Part shown: one piece after another, positions 1 through 8,730 of the stretch
Layout of the letters: the number at the start of each line of letters is the position of its first letter
Numbering within the stretch: the first letter of the stretch is position 1
Source: Thermococcus kodakarensis KOD1
Lineage (GTDB): Archaea; Methanobacteriota_B; Thermococci; Thermococcales; Thermococcaceae
Direction of reading: 5' to 3'
Length of the DNA stretch: 32,000 nucleotides
Assembly: GCF_000009965.1 (NCBI RefSeq)
Contig: NC_006624.1
Location: 330,001 to 362,000 of the forward strand
Position numbers and translations under genes: made by a program
Notes under the pieces: model-generated
Databases searched by the model: none
What the model was told of the DNA's origin: nothing
What the model saw: the letters and a program-made list of their open reading frames with translations, nothing else

Positions 1-96
1 CTCTTGAAAACGCTCCTCTTCGGCGGGATAATCGTCGGGCTGGTGGGGTATGGCCTGTACAGGGCAAAGAGGAGGCATGACTTTGCAGGCCTCTAA
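1..96 (+). CDS. 3' end of a CDS entering from the left edge; hydrophobic C-terminus (…LLFGGIIVGLVGYGLYRAKRRHDFAGL*), probable membrane protein of the element
   Basis: Frame 1 is open from nt 1 to TAA at 94-96. My own translation shows a TM-like stretch followed by a basic tail. Confidence 0.4.
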   Translation, partial: LLKTLLFGGIIVGLVGYGLYRAKRRHDFAGL

Positions 97-229
97 CTCA
101 CTCAATTGTAAAAGGAAGTATGGGGGGCTGATGGAAAAATAAAGCTCGCTGAGTTGAGCTTTTACGGGAGATAGTAGTTTTTTGTTGTAATCAAAGAAAA
201 TCGGGAACAAAAAAGGAGGTTCGGGATAG

Positions 230-1693
230 ATGGCAGTCTCGACGCGAGCCGCGTCCCCTGCAGAGGTGAACATTCCCCACTTCAACCCAGCCAGCGGGCC
301 GTACCTCGGCAGGCTCATGAGCACGAACAGGAAAGAGAAGCTCTACCTGCCGCTCAAGGTCGGTGAGGCAAACCACATCTTCATCCTCGGAAAGACAGGC
401 TACGGGAAGACCAGCTTCATGAAAGCCCTCGCCGAGGCCCTGTGGGAGTACTACACCAGCAGGGGACAGGAAGTCCTCATTGTGATCTTTGAGAGAAAAT
501 ATGACTACTCAAAGTTCCAGCGCCTGAAGGCGTTTTGGAACAAGCGCGTTGAAGAGCTCGGGAAAGAAGAAGCCACCAGAGTGCACCCGTACCTCGCGGC
601 ATACTTCGGAACCCTTGAGAAGTACCCACAGCTCAAAAGCCAGCTCGGCTTTCCCGGCGACTTTGCAATGAGCATTCCCAACTACATCCTCGCCGAGACG
701 TACGTGACTAGAAAGCCGTATCCAATTGACGTCTTTACCTGGCACGGCCTACAACCCGACAGCTTCCCGACCAGGAGGATAGTCTTCAGGCCGACCAGGG
801 CACCAGAAGCAATCAAGCTCGACAACGGTGGTGGAAAGGTCGAGGTTGCAATCGGCAGGATTCACCTGAGAGACATCAGCTTTGAGATGCTCGCGCGGAA
901 GTTTGACATCCCAAAGGGCACGGCCTACGGCAGGATCCTGAGGAAGTACTGGAAAGTGTACAAGATCCACGACCCTGACGAGATTCTGAGGAGAGTCAAA
1001 GCTGAAGAGCCCTCAATGCGCGAGAGCACTTACGAGAGCCTCAAGAGCATCCTCGACGAGATCAGAGCTGACCCGCTCTACCTGAAAGGCTCAGTCCTCA
1101 AGCCGAAGGCTGAGCAGGTCACTAGAAGCGGAAATGGCATCTATGATGAGCCTAAGCCCTTCACGGACTACCTCACGACCAAAGCCATCAACATCATTGA
1201 TTTTTCAGATAACTCCGAGCTAGACCTCGAGGAGCAGCGCCTAATCATGTACCTGCTCTGGCAGAAGATTAAGCTCATCGCTGGCAGGAAGCGCGTTGAT
1301 GTGTGGCTCTTCTTCGACGAGATTCAGGACCTCATAGGCACGGCAGGCGAGGCCAGCCGCCACAACCTTGCCTGGAAGGCAATGGAGGAAATCTATAGGA
1401 AGGGCCGCTCCCTCTCGGTGAACGTCGTCGCGGGCACACAGTACCTCTACAAGCTGCCAATGAGCCTCATAATGGGTGCCGCCCACATTGCGGTAATCGG
1501 AGCCCTAGCCAGTCCAAAGGATCTCGACATTCTTCGCGTTGCGATAATGGACGGCGAGCGGCTGAGGATTCCAGTCGAGCACGACAGCTTTGAGGAGTTT
1601 CTGAAGCGCCGCAAGAAGAAAGGCCGCGGCTGGTTCTCGTTTGACCGCGAGTTTACCGTCAAGATGTATTTTCGCCCTAATCAAAGCTTTTGA
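230..1693 (+). CDS. HerA/FtsK/VirB4-superfamily P-loop ATPase (DNA-transfer or packaging type)
   Basis: Walker A ILGKTGYGKTS. Walker B VWLFFDEIQDL. RKGRSLSVNVVAGTQY resembles the HerA/VirB4 REGRK…TQ sensor region. GGAGGT SD lies ~10 nt upstream of the ATG. Confidence 0.7.
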   Translation: MAVSTRAASPAEVNIPHFNPASGPYLGRLMSTNRKEKLYLPLKVGEANHIFILGKTGYGKTSFMKALAEALWEYYTSRGQEVLIVIFERKYDYSKFQRLKAFWNKRVEELGKEEATRVHPYLAAYFGTLEKYPQLKSQLGFPGDFAMSIPNYILAETYVTRKPYPIDVFTWHGLQPDSFPTRRIVFRPTRAPEAIKLDNGGGKVEVAIGRIHLRDISFEMLARKFDIPKGTAYGRILRKYWKVYKIHDPDEILRRVKAEEPSMRESTYESLKSILDEIRADPLYLKGSVLKPKAEQVTRSGNGIYDEPKPFTDYLTTKAINIIDFSDNSELDLEEQRLIMYLLWQKIKLIAGRKRVDVWLFFDEIQDLIGTAGEASRHNLAWKAMEEIYRKGRSLSVNVVAGTQYLYKLPMSLIMGAAHIAVIGALASPKDLDILRVAIMDGERLRIPVEHDSFEEFLKRRKKKGRGWFSFDREFTVKMYFRPNQSF

Positions 1694-1705
1694 GAGGTGA
1701 TGAAG

Positions 1706-2458
1706 ATGGTGTGGCCGTTTGGAAGGAAAAAGAAGAAGGCCGAACCGAGGCCCGGGATAGTAATGACAGATGACCAGTTCGCCGAACTCGTCCGCCTGGA
1801 CGACTTCAGCCTTGAGGAGAAAGTAGAGCAGAGAGTCGAGGAGCGCCTGAGGCAACAGAGAATACTCGCGCAGAGAATGAGCCAGATTAAGGAAACCTAT
1901 CAGAAACTCCTTGTCGCAGTCACGCCCGAGGAGGGGAGCATTATACTTGGCTTCCCCGAGGCTTACCTCATAAACTACGATGAGTACTGGATTTACTATC
2001 AGGAGCGCCCGCCGAGCTGGCTTGATTCAGTCTGGTGGAGTCTCGCCAGGTTCTTCGGCAAGAGGCCACCACACAAAGTCCTCAAGGCAAACAAGAAGAT
2101 CGTCCAGTTCAACAACGAAACAATAACCGTGTACTGCAAGACGATTGAAGAGATCGTCGGCACCGGCCAGCAAGAAGCCATCCCTATGGTCGTTCATCCA
2201 GCGATCTCCCGCGGTTGGGAGGCCTACGAGGCCGTCAAGGCCGAGCGGGACAAGTACCGCCAGAAATACTTTGACCTGCTCCACGAGGCCAAAAGAGAAG
2301 TCGAGCTCGCCCTACAGATCAACCCGCGCGTCAAGGTATACTGGAAGGAGAAAGAACAGCAGGGCAAGAAGCAGGAAGAGCGCTTCGGCGGCACAGAGAT
2401 GGCTTTCGAAGAGAATCCCGTAAAGCGGGAGCTGAAGAGCGTCCTCGGTGAGGGATGA
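1706..2458 (+). CDS. Hypothetical protein of the element (alternative starts at 1697 GTG or 1700 ATG)
   Basis: Long ORF with GC-rich codon usage like its neighbours. GAGGTGA SD at 1694-1700. Starts within a few nt of the ATPase gene stop (1691-1693). No recognisable motif. Confidence 0.6.
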   Translation: MVWPFGRKKKKAEPRPGIVMTDDQFAELVRLDDFSLEEKVEQRVEERLRQQRILAQRMSQIKETYQKLLVAVTPEEGSIILGFPEAYLINYDEYWIYYQERPPSWLDSVWWSLARFFGKRPPHKVLKANKKIVQFNNETITVYCKTIEEIVGTGQQEAIPMVVHPAISRGWEAYEAVKAERDKYRQKYFDLLHEAKREVELALQINPRVKVYWKEKEQQGKKQEERFGGTEMAFEENPVKRELKSVLGEG

Positions 2459-2742
2459 TGGAAGTGGTCGAAGACGTAGGGATTCCAGAGGACATTCTAA
2501 AGGACCTCGCCAGCAAGGACATTGCAGAGGAACCGCAGGCGAAGCCAAAGCAGAAGAAGGAAGAGAAGTCTTCAGCATGGGGACTGAAGAAAAAGAAGGA
2601 ACTGAACGAAGAGATACTGAAGGAGATCCAGAAGAAGCTCGCAGAAGCGTGGGAGCTCATGGGAACTGAATACGGGAGAAAATTAATAGAAGACGTGGCG
2701 GTCGAGGTGAAGAAGCTGTGCATAATCAATGATCTGCCTTAA
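2455..2742 (+). CDS. Small Lys/Glu-rich hypothetical protein
   Basis: ATGATG start overlaps the upstream stop (translational coupling). Charged low-complexity sequence. Confidence 0.5.
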   Translation: MMEVVEDVGIPEDILKDLASKDIAEEPQAKPKQKKEEKSSAWGLKKKKELNEEILKEIQKKLAEAWELMGTEYGRKLIEDVAVEVKKLCIINDLP

Positions 2743-2750
2743 CTACCCCT

Positions 2751-3722
2751 TCATAGCTCCAATAGTTTTTTCTCTAATTTTTCTTCGTCTTGAAAGAGTT
2801 CATCTTCTATCCTTTTAATCTTCTCTAATAACTCTCTTGTCAGTGTTTTTAATTCCTTTAGCTTCTTTTCCCTTTCTACGAGTTTATTGTATATCTCCGG
2901 CTTTTTCTCAAGGAGAAACTCGTAGAATACTTTTTTTGCCTTATTCCACACTTCTAGTCCATAAAGGCGTTTTTGCTCTGTATTCAGTCCTAATCTACCA
3001 TAAGGGGGGGCAGACAATTGGTTAGATTCTCTAGTTTCTGTATTGGATAGTGTAACGAGCTCCTCTAAAAGAGTATCGGCTTTAATAATATGTGCTTCTT
3101 TTATGTAGAATCTCTCAGCCTCTTCTTGGGATATCCGCTGTAGAGATTCTACGAGCTTAAATTCTCCCTTTAGTGCGTCTATGACCTCTCTTCTCAACCT
3201 ATTCGTATCCGTAACAAGTGAGTTATATTTCTCCAAATTAATATCATACTCCTTCAACAGCCTTTTGATTTTTCTTTTGAGCCTCTCTTCCAAACCTCGT
3301 TCTTGGTAACTCTTCGCCCATCCTGGAGTCTCCGGAGTCTCGGGAGTTAAGTTAGAATATTGAGGAAGCTCATAATAAATAGGCACCTCGTTATGTAGAG
3401 CATCATTAAGCATATCTTCAAGTTTCTTAATGTATCCAATCACTTCATTTTTCATATATTCAATGTTCATACGTTCTTTTTTCATTTCTATCAGGCTCTT
3501 GTTCATAAGTTCAGCTTGCTTTTTAGTTTGCTCAGCTGCCTCTGCAGTAGTAATTGCTTGGACTGCTATAATACCGGCCATAACAATATTCGCTAGAACC
3601 TCTGTAAATTGTAGGAGTATAGAATTTTGTGTATTAGCTCCAACTAAGGCACCAAATCCGGCAATTAAAACAAAAGCCATTATAATAACCATTACAATCA
3701 TTACTTTTCTATTGCTCTCCAA
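2751..3722 (-). CDS. Membrane-anchored long coiled-coil protein
   Basis: N-terminal hydrophobic segments (VMIVMVIIMAFVLIAGFGALVG and ANIVMAGIIAVQAI), followed by ~250 aa of heptad-like charged sequence. Confidence 0.6.
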   Translation of the reverse strand: MESNRKVMIVMVIIMAFVLIAGFGALVGANTQNSILLQFTEVLANIVMAGIIAVQAITTAEAAEQTKKQAELMNKSLIEMKKERMNIEYMKNEVIGYIKKLEDMLNDALHNEVPIYYELPQYSNLTPETPETPGWAKSYQERGLEERLKRKIKRLLKEYDINLEKYNSLVTDTNRLRREVIDALKGEFKLVESLQRISQEEAERFYIKEAHIIKADTLLEELVTLSNTETRESNQLSAPPYGRLGLNTEQKRLYGLEVWNKAKKVFYEFLLEKKPEIYNKLVEREKKLKELKTLTRELLEKIKRIEDELFQDEEKLEKKLLEL

Positions 3723-3808
3723 TCTTATTCCCTCCTACAAGGGGCAGTCTCAGTATCTGTCAAATTAAACTTTATATTGCTGTACTTTTTACTTTTTCTG
3801 GTGATTAC

Positions 3809-4951
3809 ATGCGGAGGAAGGCCCTAGTCCTAAGCCTAGTAGTGATCTTCCTAGCCGCATTTATCAGCGGATGTATCAACAACGGAGAACCAAAGACAGT
3901 GACAGTCACTAAAACAGTCAGGCCAGAAAAGGAAAGTAATGCTCCAGCGACTACAAGTGCCTCACCGAACACGGCATCACAGTTCACACAAACTACATCC
4001 TCACAGAAAACACCCAAGATAAACTGCAATGACGACTCTTGGAGAGATAACTTTAGCCAAGCCTTGACCTGCGCACTTGATCCCAAGATCAACCACAATT
4101 TTGATCCAGTATATTCCCTCTCCCTAACGGGCAACAAGACCAAAGACGCTCTCATCATTACAGACTTCCTCGTTAACTATGTGCATCTAGATGAGTTTGT
4201 AGAGAACCTGAGCATGAAGAAAGGCCATTATTACAACATTAAAACGCCCTACGAGCTTTTCCAGACGAGACAAGGAACTTATGCAGATATGGCTCTGTTC
4301 GGGGCTTATGCTCTAGCCAAGAACGGCTTTGAGACGTACCTCTTTGAAATAGCAACAACAAACGGCTTTGGAGTACTACCTGGCTTTAAGCTTATAGTTA
4401 ATCATCCATGGGTGCCGAACAACGACCCGCTAGTAATATTCTGGCCATTTAGAATACCAATGCGCCTCTCAGCGGCTTTAAAGCTCTTAAACCTCTCTGG
4501 AGAGACCCCTAAAAATGTAACTGTATACACAGTATCCTATAACTCAGGCAAATATAAAGTTGAGAAAGTTGGGACATATCCAGCCAGTGAATTCAAGTTT
4601 AATATTATGGAGTGGGTTCTTTTCGGATTCCCTGACTCAGAGACTATGAACAGGTTGCTTAGTAGAGACTTCCCCGGCTGTAAGTACACTACAAACCTCT
4701 CGGCAATATCCTCGAACCAAGAAGATGTAAAAAATATCAAAGTAGTGTTTCCATATGGAATCCTATTCTACAACGTTCCATTCAAACAGAGGTACACAGA
4801 AATCTTATACACTCTAATGATCTCAAACCAGGAAATCGCCAAAGATCTTCAGAATTGTAGAGTACTGCTCCTCGGTCCGGAGACTGACTTTGACTTCAAC
4901 AACCCACCAGCAAACTACACAGCAACATACAGCGGTTGGGTGAGCAGATAA
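3809..4951 (+). CDS. Putative lipoprotein, possibly with a degenerate transglutaminase-like core
   Basis: Signal peptide with lipobox FISGC. Ser/Thr-rich linker. RQGTYADMALFGAYALAKNGFETYLF resembles the G-x-C-x-x-F-A…G-I-P-x-R transglutaminase-like core, but Tyr sits at the catalytic Cys position (weak). GGTGAT SD and a TATA-like AAACTTTATATTG lie upstream. Confidence 0.55.
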   Translation: MRRKALVLSLVVIFLAAFISGCINNGEPKTVTVTKTVRPEKESNAPATTSASPNTASQFTQTTSSQKTPKINCNDDSWRDNFSQALTCALDPKINHNFDPVYSLSLTGNKTKDALIITDFLVNYVHLDEFVENLSMKKGHYYNIKTPYELFQTRQGTYADMALFGAYALAKNGFETYLFEIATTNGFGVLPGFKLIVNHPWVPNNDPLVIFWPFRIPMRLSAALKLLNLSGETPKNVTVYTVSYNSGKYKVEKVGTYPASEFKFNIMEWVLFGFPDSETMNRLLSRDFPGCKYTTNLSAISSNQEDVKNIKVVFPYGILFYNVPFKQRYTEILYTLMISNQEIAKDLQNCRVLLLGPETDFDFNNPPANYTATYSGWVSR

Positions 4952-5073
4952 CCCTTTCCTTTTCCCTAATAAGTCCAGTCGTTACCTTTAATATTTAGAT
5001 GAGCAATAATAACCGTACCGTAATATATTTAAGGGCCCCTGACATGTTCCATATTAGAGCCAAGAAATAGATC

Positions 5074-5670
5074 ATGGTGACTAGGATGTCCTATGAGAGC
5101 TTTGCTGAAAAAATAAAGTTTAGATCTGGAGAATTCGACAAAGAACTCTTCAAAAGGATCGTTGAATACATTATAGAAAAGGAATTAGTAACTCCTAAAA
5201 GCATAGAAGTATATAGGAGCGGTGTCGAAGTCAAGATACGAGCAATTGCAGAGATGATGTTAGTCGATGAATTTGATCTAGATATAGTCCAAGCAGTTGA
5301 TTATCTAAGTATTGCTTCATTTGTAATCTCAATGACCATACTTTCAAAAATAGAGGGGAACGAACCATCTGATGAGCTAGAAAAGTACATTATCGAAAAA
5401 TTATATACCCCACAGATTAAGGAAATGTTCCTTACCAGAAAATTCATGACGAACCCTATCTTGGAAGAATTTGAAGTCATTAAATTTGTTAAAGATACTC
5501 CTGAAGGGCCCCTTGAAAGCTATGGGGTAAGAATACTAATAGATAAATCAGGAGACAGAGATTTTGACGAGGTATTCCTCGAAACGACAAAAGGCACTCT
5601 CCAAGAGATTGTTAATTACATCAGCGAGGTGATCTCTGATGATGCCCGCAAGAATAGTGAAAAAGAATAA
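5074..5670 (+). CDS. Hypothetical protein, first gene of a three-gene operon
   Basis: ORF with a TATA-like TAATATATTTAAG ~45 nt upstream. Overlaps the next gene by 32 nt. No motif recognised. Confidence 0.55.
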   Translation: MVTRMSYESFAEKIKFRSGEFDKELFKRIVEYIIEKELVTPKSIEVYRSGVEVKIRAIAEMMLVDEFDLDIVQAVDYLSIASFVISMTILSKIEGNEPSDELEKYIIEKLYTPQIKEMFLTRKFMTNPILEEFEVIKFVKDTPEGPLESYGVRILIDKSGDRDFDEVFLETTKGTLQEIVNYISEVISDDARKNSEKE

Positions 5671-6118
5671 AACCTTTTACCATCCCTTTGAAAAGGTATT
5701 CTCTTACAGTAACGTTCGTGAGGTACGCTCTGACCTCATCATAGCTGAAAAGGAAACCTTATTAGATGACATTATCAATGAACTCAGAGAACATTATGGA
5801 CACGTATTCCATGAATCAGTATACACAGAGGATATCTCTGAGAATAAAGCAAAACGTGAAGACAAAATCAAGGCCATTGCTGAGGGTATATTAAAAACAA
5901 TAAAAGAAGTTCCTCACTTAAAGAGACTAGTGCCTATGATTAAAGTTGCTATAGACTTAAACGAAGATTACAACACGAACTTCTTCTATATTATCGTATC
6001 TCTACGGAAGGACAAGATAGAAGAAGCCGCTGATGCTTTTGATAAGCTAGAGGAGAACATCCTTTCTAAGTACCCTGATAAAGATATACGCATTCTCTAT
6101 ACACTCCAAAGTGCTTAA
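5639..6118 (+). CDS. Hypothetical protein, second gene of the three-gene operon
   Basis: GAGGTGAT SD 5 nt upstream of the ATG at 5639, located inside the end of the upstream gene. No nucleotidyltransferase GS…DxD motif. Confidence 0.55.
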   Translation: MMPARIVKKNKTFYHPFEKVFSYSNVREVRSDLIIAEKETLLDDIINELREHYGHVFHESVYTEDISENKAKREDKIKAIAEGILKTIKEVPHLKRLVPMIKVAIDLNEDYNTNFFYIIVSLRKDKIEEAADAFDKLEENILSKYPDKDIRILYTLQSA

Positions 6119-6139
6119 ATCCTGGAGGGATCCCCCGCA

Positions 6140-6718
6140 ATGGAACCCGAAGAATTCAAGGAACTTGCAAGATATTTAGAGGGACTCCTTAACGAACGCA
6201 ATATTACAAAAGAGATCTCAAATGAGGCCATCGTAAGAACTACAATTGGAAGATACTATTATTACATTTTTCTGAAACTCAGAAATGAGATTATTGATGC
6301 AATAGACAATACAATAGACGTGTATAAAAAGGAAAATCCCAAATATGTAGTTTCACTCACTCAGCTGAAAAAAGCTATAGAGCCTGTTTTACCTGGCACT
6401 AGCAAGTCATCAAAAACCAGTGTCCACCAAGTTATCCAACTGTTCCTGGATGAATTCGCAGACTTAACCGTAGCGGATGCCTTGTATAGACTCAGATGGC
6501 GTCGCAATTTTGCAGATTATCACTTAAAAACACCAATAGAAACCAAACTCCGTGGAGAAGAAATAACTATAAAATTCCAACGTGAAGAACTTGTAATGAT
6601 ACGGCGCGATATCGCAAAGATAGAGAAATGGTTGCAAGAAAAAAGATTTCCAATACATAGCGCACTAAACTCAGAAGAAGCTCCAGAAAAAATTGAAAGC
6701 ATACTAAAAACCAAATGA
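6140..6718 (+). CDS. HEPN-like protein (putative RNase/toxin domain)
   Basis: N-terminal helix AIVRTTIGRYYYYIFLKLRNEI resembles the HEPN sRaYYa.Fha helix. LYRLRWRRNFADYH contains an Rx5H / R..ADY HEPN signature. GGAGGGAT SD upstream. Confidence 0.5.
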   Translation: MEPEEFKELARYLEGLLNERNITKEISNEAIVRTTIGRYYYYIFLKLRNEIIDAIDNTIDVYKKENPKYVVSLTQLKKAIEPVLPGTSKSSKTSVHQVIQLFLDEFADLTVADALYRLRWRRNFADYHLKTPIETKLRGEEITIKFQREELVMIRRDIAKIEKWLQEKRFPIHSALNSEEAPEKIESILKTK

Positions 6719-6760
6719 AAATAATTTTTCATATCCTACTCATCTGTCAACACCTCTCAA

Positions 6761-6790
6761 TGAGACGACCGTTTAATGGTAAACCCATAG
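6761..6790 (+). promoter_or_regulatory. Degenerate copy of the conserved 30-nt box upstream of the AbrB paralogs (TGAGACGACCGTTTAATGGTAAACCCATAG), followed by hairpin GTCGGAC-aac-GTCCGAC (6817-6833)
   Basis: 19/30 matches to the 8871 box with a shared core TTAAYGGTAAACC. A strong TATA-like TTATAAAATATAT at ~6838-6850 precedes the ATG at 6892. Confidence 0.45.
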
Positions 6791-6891
6791 GCATTAATTC
6801 TCGAAAAATAAACAAGGTCGGACAACGTCCGACATAGTTATAAAATATATGACCTCAATAATTACGATAATTATACTAGGAGTTGAGGCCA

Positions 6892-7266
6892 ATGCCCGAC
6901 CAGGACGCCAGCGAAGCAAGGGTAGTCGAGCCACTAGCCAAGTTTCATGCGAAAGTCACTAGGGGTGGTCAGTTCACATTTCCATTATACACCCGGCTTT
7001 ATCATAACCTCGACGTTGGGGACTACGTTGAATTAATCATAAGAACCAAAGTGGATGGCGAAGTGCTCAGAGGGATGTTCATAGCCAGACTCGTTGATAA
7101 GGGCAATATTACAATACCCAAGGGCCTTAGGAGCGAGATGAAAATTGACCAGAATTCGATTATAGAAGTCATAGTTGTCAGGGCATACCGGCTGAAAGAC
7201 TTATTGGGAGACAAAGCCAAGTTTATACGTCAATTAGCCCTCAAAAAATACAAGATTCTCACTTGA
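6892..7266 (+). CDS. Tandem SpoVT/AbrB-domain DNA-binding protein, paralog 1 (divergent N-terminus)
   Basis: Two swapped-hairpin-like halves (GGQFTFPLYTRLYHNLDVGDYVELII and KGNITIPKGLRSEMKIDQNSIIEVIV). EPLAKFHAK is shared with paralogs 2-4. The ATG at 6892 sits in the same GAG-TGAG-CCAATG context as the other copies; the track start at 6883 is TTG. Confidence 0.65.
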   Translation: MPDQDASEARVVEPLAKFHAKVTRGGQFTFPLYTRLYHNLDVGDYVELIIRTKVDGEVLRGMFIARLVDKGNITIPKGLRSEMKIDQNSIIEVIVVRAYRLKDLLGDKAKFIRQLALKKYKILT

Positions 7267-7699
7267 ATCTTAGCTCTGTAAGCTTTTTGAGAATCCAAAA
7301 GCAAGAATAGACCATACCCAAAGATACCATAAAACTGGCAAGAACTAAGTACCCAAAAATTCTGTTGTGCGGTAAGCTTGCCCCACCAATTATTGAAAGT
7401 GTTAAGACAACAAGCAGAAACATGAACGTAACATAATATATGGTATAACTCTGTTTAAAGGACTTAAACTGTTGTAGTTCTCTATATATCTCTACATCGG
7501 GGAGGGCATGTAATATTGTAACTCCCACTAATACGAATCCCGCGAGGGCGCCTGAGATTGATGCCATTGTCCAGTAGAAATCGGGAGTAGGATCTAACAC
7601 TTTCAGAGGTCCATGAATGGTTAGAACTATCACACATATAAATGCAATAAGCCCCCCAACAATGCCCCTGCGAAGTATCTTGGGAAGCATTACACTCAT
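7259..7699 (-). CDS. Small integral membrane protein (~4 TM helices), second gene of a two-gene operon
   Basis: Four hydrophobic stretches (GIVGGLIAFICVIVLTI, ISGALAGFVLVGVTIL, YYVTFMFLLVVLTLSII, FGYLVLASFMVSLGMVY). Starts 17 nt after the upstream stop. The 3' end overlaps the convergent AbrB paralog 1 by 8 nt. Confidence 0.65.
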   Translation of the reverse strand: MSVMLPKILRRGIVGGLIAFICVIVLTIHGPLKVLDPTPDFYWTMASISGALAGFVLVGVTILHALPDVEIYRELQQFKSFKQSYTIYYVTFMFLLVVLTLSIIGGASLPHNRIFGYLVLASFMVSLGMVYSCFWILKKLTELRFK

Positions 7700-7716
7700 G
7701 ATTTAGAGCTACAATT

Positions 7717-8730
7717 TTAACCTTTTAAAGACTTTTCAATTTTGTCATATAGGTCATTGTAAGCCTCAATGATTTTATTATACATATATTCTGTGTCCAC
7801 TCTTGATAGCTCTTCCTTAGCACGGATAACCTTTTTAGTAGAAATCAGTTTGTCCTCAAAAATATGCTTTTCTTTTAGTTCGTGCGTTTTAGGATCTTCG
7901 TATTTTATAATGATATTCTCCACAACCCCTAATTTATCGTTTATCCTCATCAAGTCATTCAAAAGCGAAATTACGGTGTCTTTTGAGAGTCTCTTCTTTT
8001 TATACCGTCCATCCACTACTGCTTTTATTTCAACTAAGTCAGGCTCTAAGAGATAAATATAATCTCCTAACAAATCTGTTATGTCTTCTTCCATTTTCTT
8101 TTCATGTTTCATATAATAGGCATACTTTGTTGCTGCCATTTTTATATGCATTGAAACTACGCGAGGCGATCTTAAAAGTTCCTCAATAAACTCTCTATAG
8201 TATACCTCATCGAGATCAATTATATTTGGCTGTCCAAATAGATACTTGCTAAGGAAATATTTTAACTGATATACTGTAGGCCCCTCTTTATATCTCTCCA
8301 TCCCAACTATGCCATTAGGAAAAACAACAAAGTGGGTCGGATAATACAGTCTCTCCTTTCGGCTTTTATCTAACTGTATACCATCTTCATGACCAGCTTC
8401 ATCAATTTTTGTGGGAAGATCTCTCTCCTTCCCATACCCAATTCTCGCTGTGATAAGCCCTCTCTCAGGCCCACCCACCCATGGAATCAGATTGAATCTC
8501 GATGGATCGTCCCTAATTAGGATTAGATCTTGCCCTGGTGTATACCGAGTTTCTAAAATGCTATTCATGGATAGGTTACTATCAAGAAAATCAAATGGAT
8601 CATTTAGGAAATCTTCAAACTTTTTTCGAAACCTTGGGTCGAGTATTTTCCCCTGCTTGTAATTCTTCAAAATAGCGTCCCCTGGAATTAATCTGTAAAA
8701 GTATATCTTACGCTCCAGATACTCTTTCAT
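7717..8730 (-). CDS. 337-aa soluble hypothetical protein, first gene of a two-gene operon with the 4-TM protein
   Basis: Long AT-rich ORF. ATG at 8730 is preceded by GGGGGAC (the track start at 8757 is GTG). No catalytic motif recognised. Confidence 0.6.
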   Translation of the reverse strand: MKEYLERKIYFYRLIPGDAILKNYKQGKILDPRFRKKFEDFLNDPFDFLDSNLSMNSILETRYTPGQDLILIRDDPSRFNLIPWVGGPERGLITARIGYGKERDLPTKIDEAGHEDGIQLDKSRKERLYYPTHFVVFPNGIVGMERYKEGPTVYQLKYFLSKYLFGQPNIIDLDEVYYREFIEELLRSPRVVSMHIKMAATKYAYYMKHEKKMEEDITDLLGDYIYLLEPDLVEIKAVVDGRYKKKRLSKDTVISLLNDLMRINDKLGVVENIIIKYEDPKTHELKEKHIFEDKLISTKKVIRAKEELSRVDTEYMYNKIIEAYNDLYDKIEKSLKG

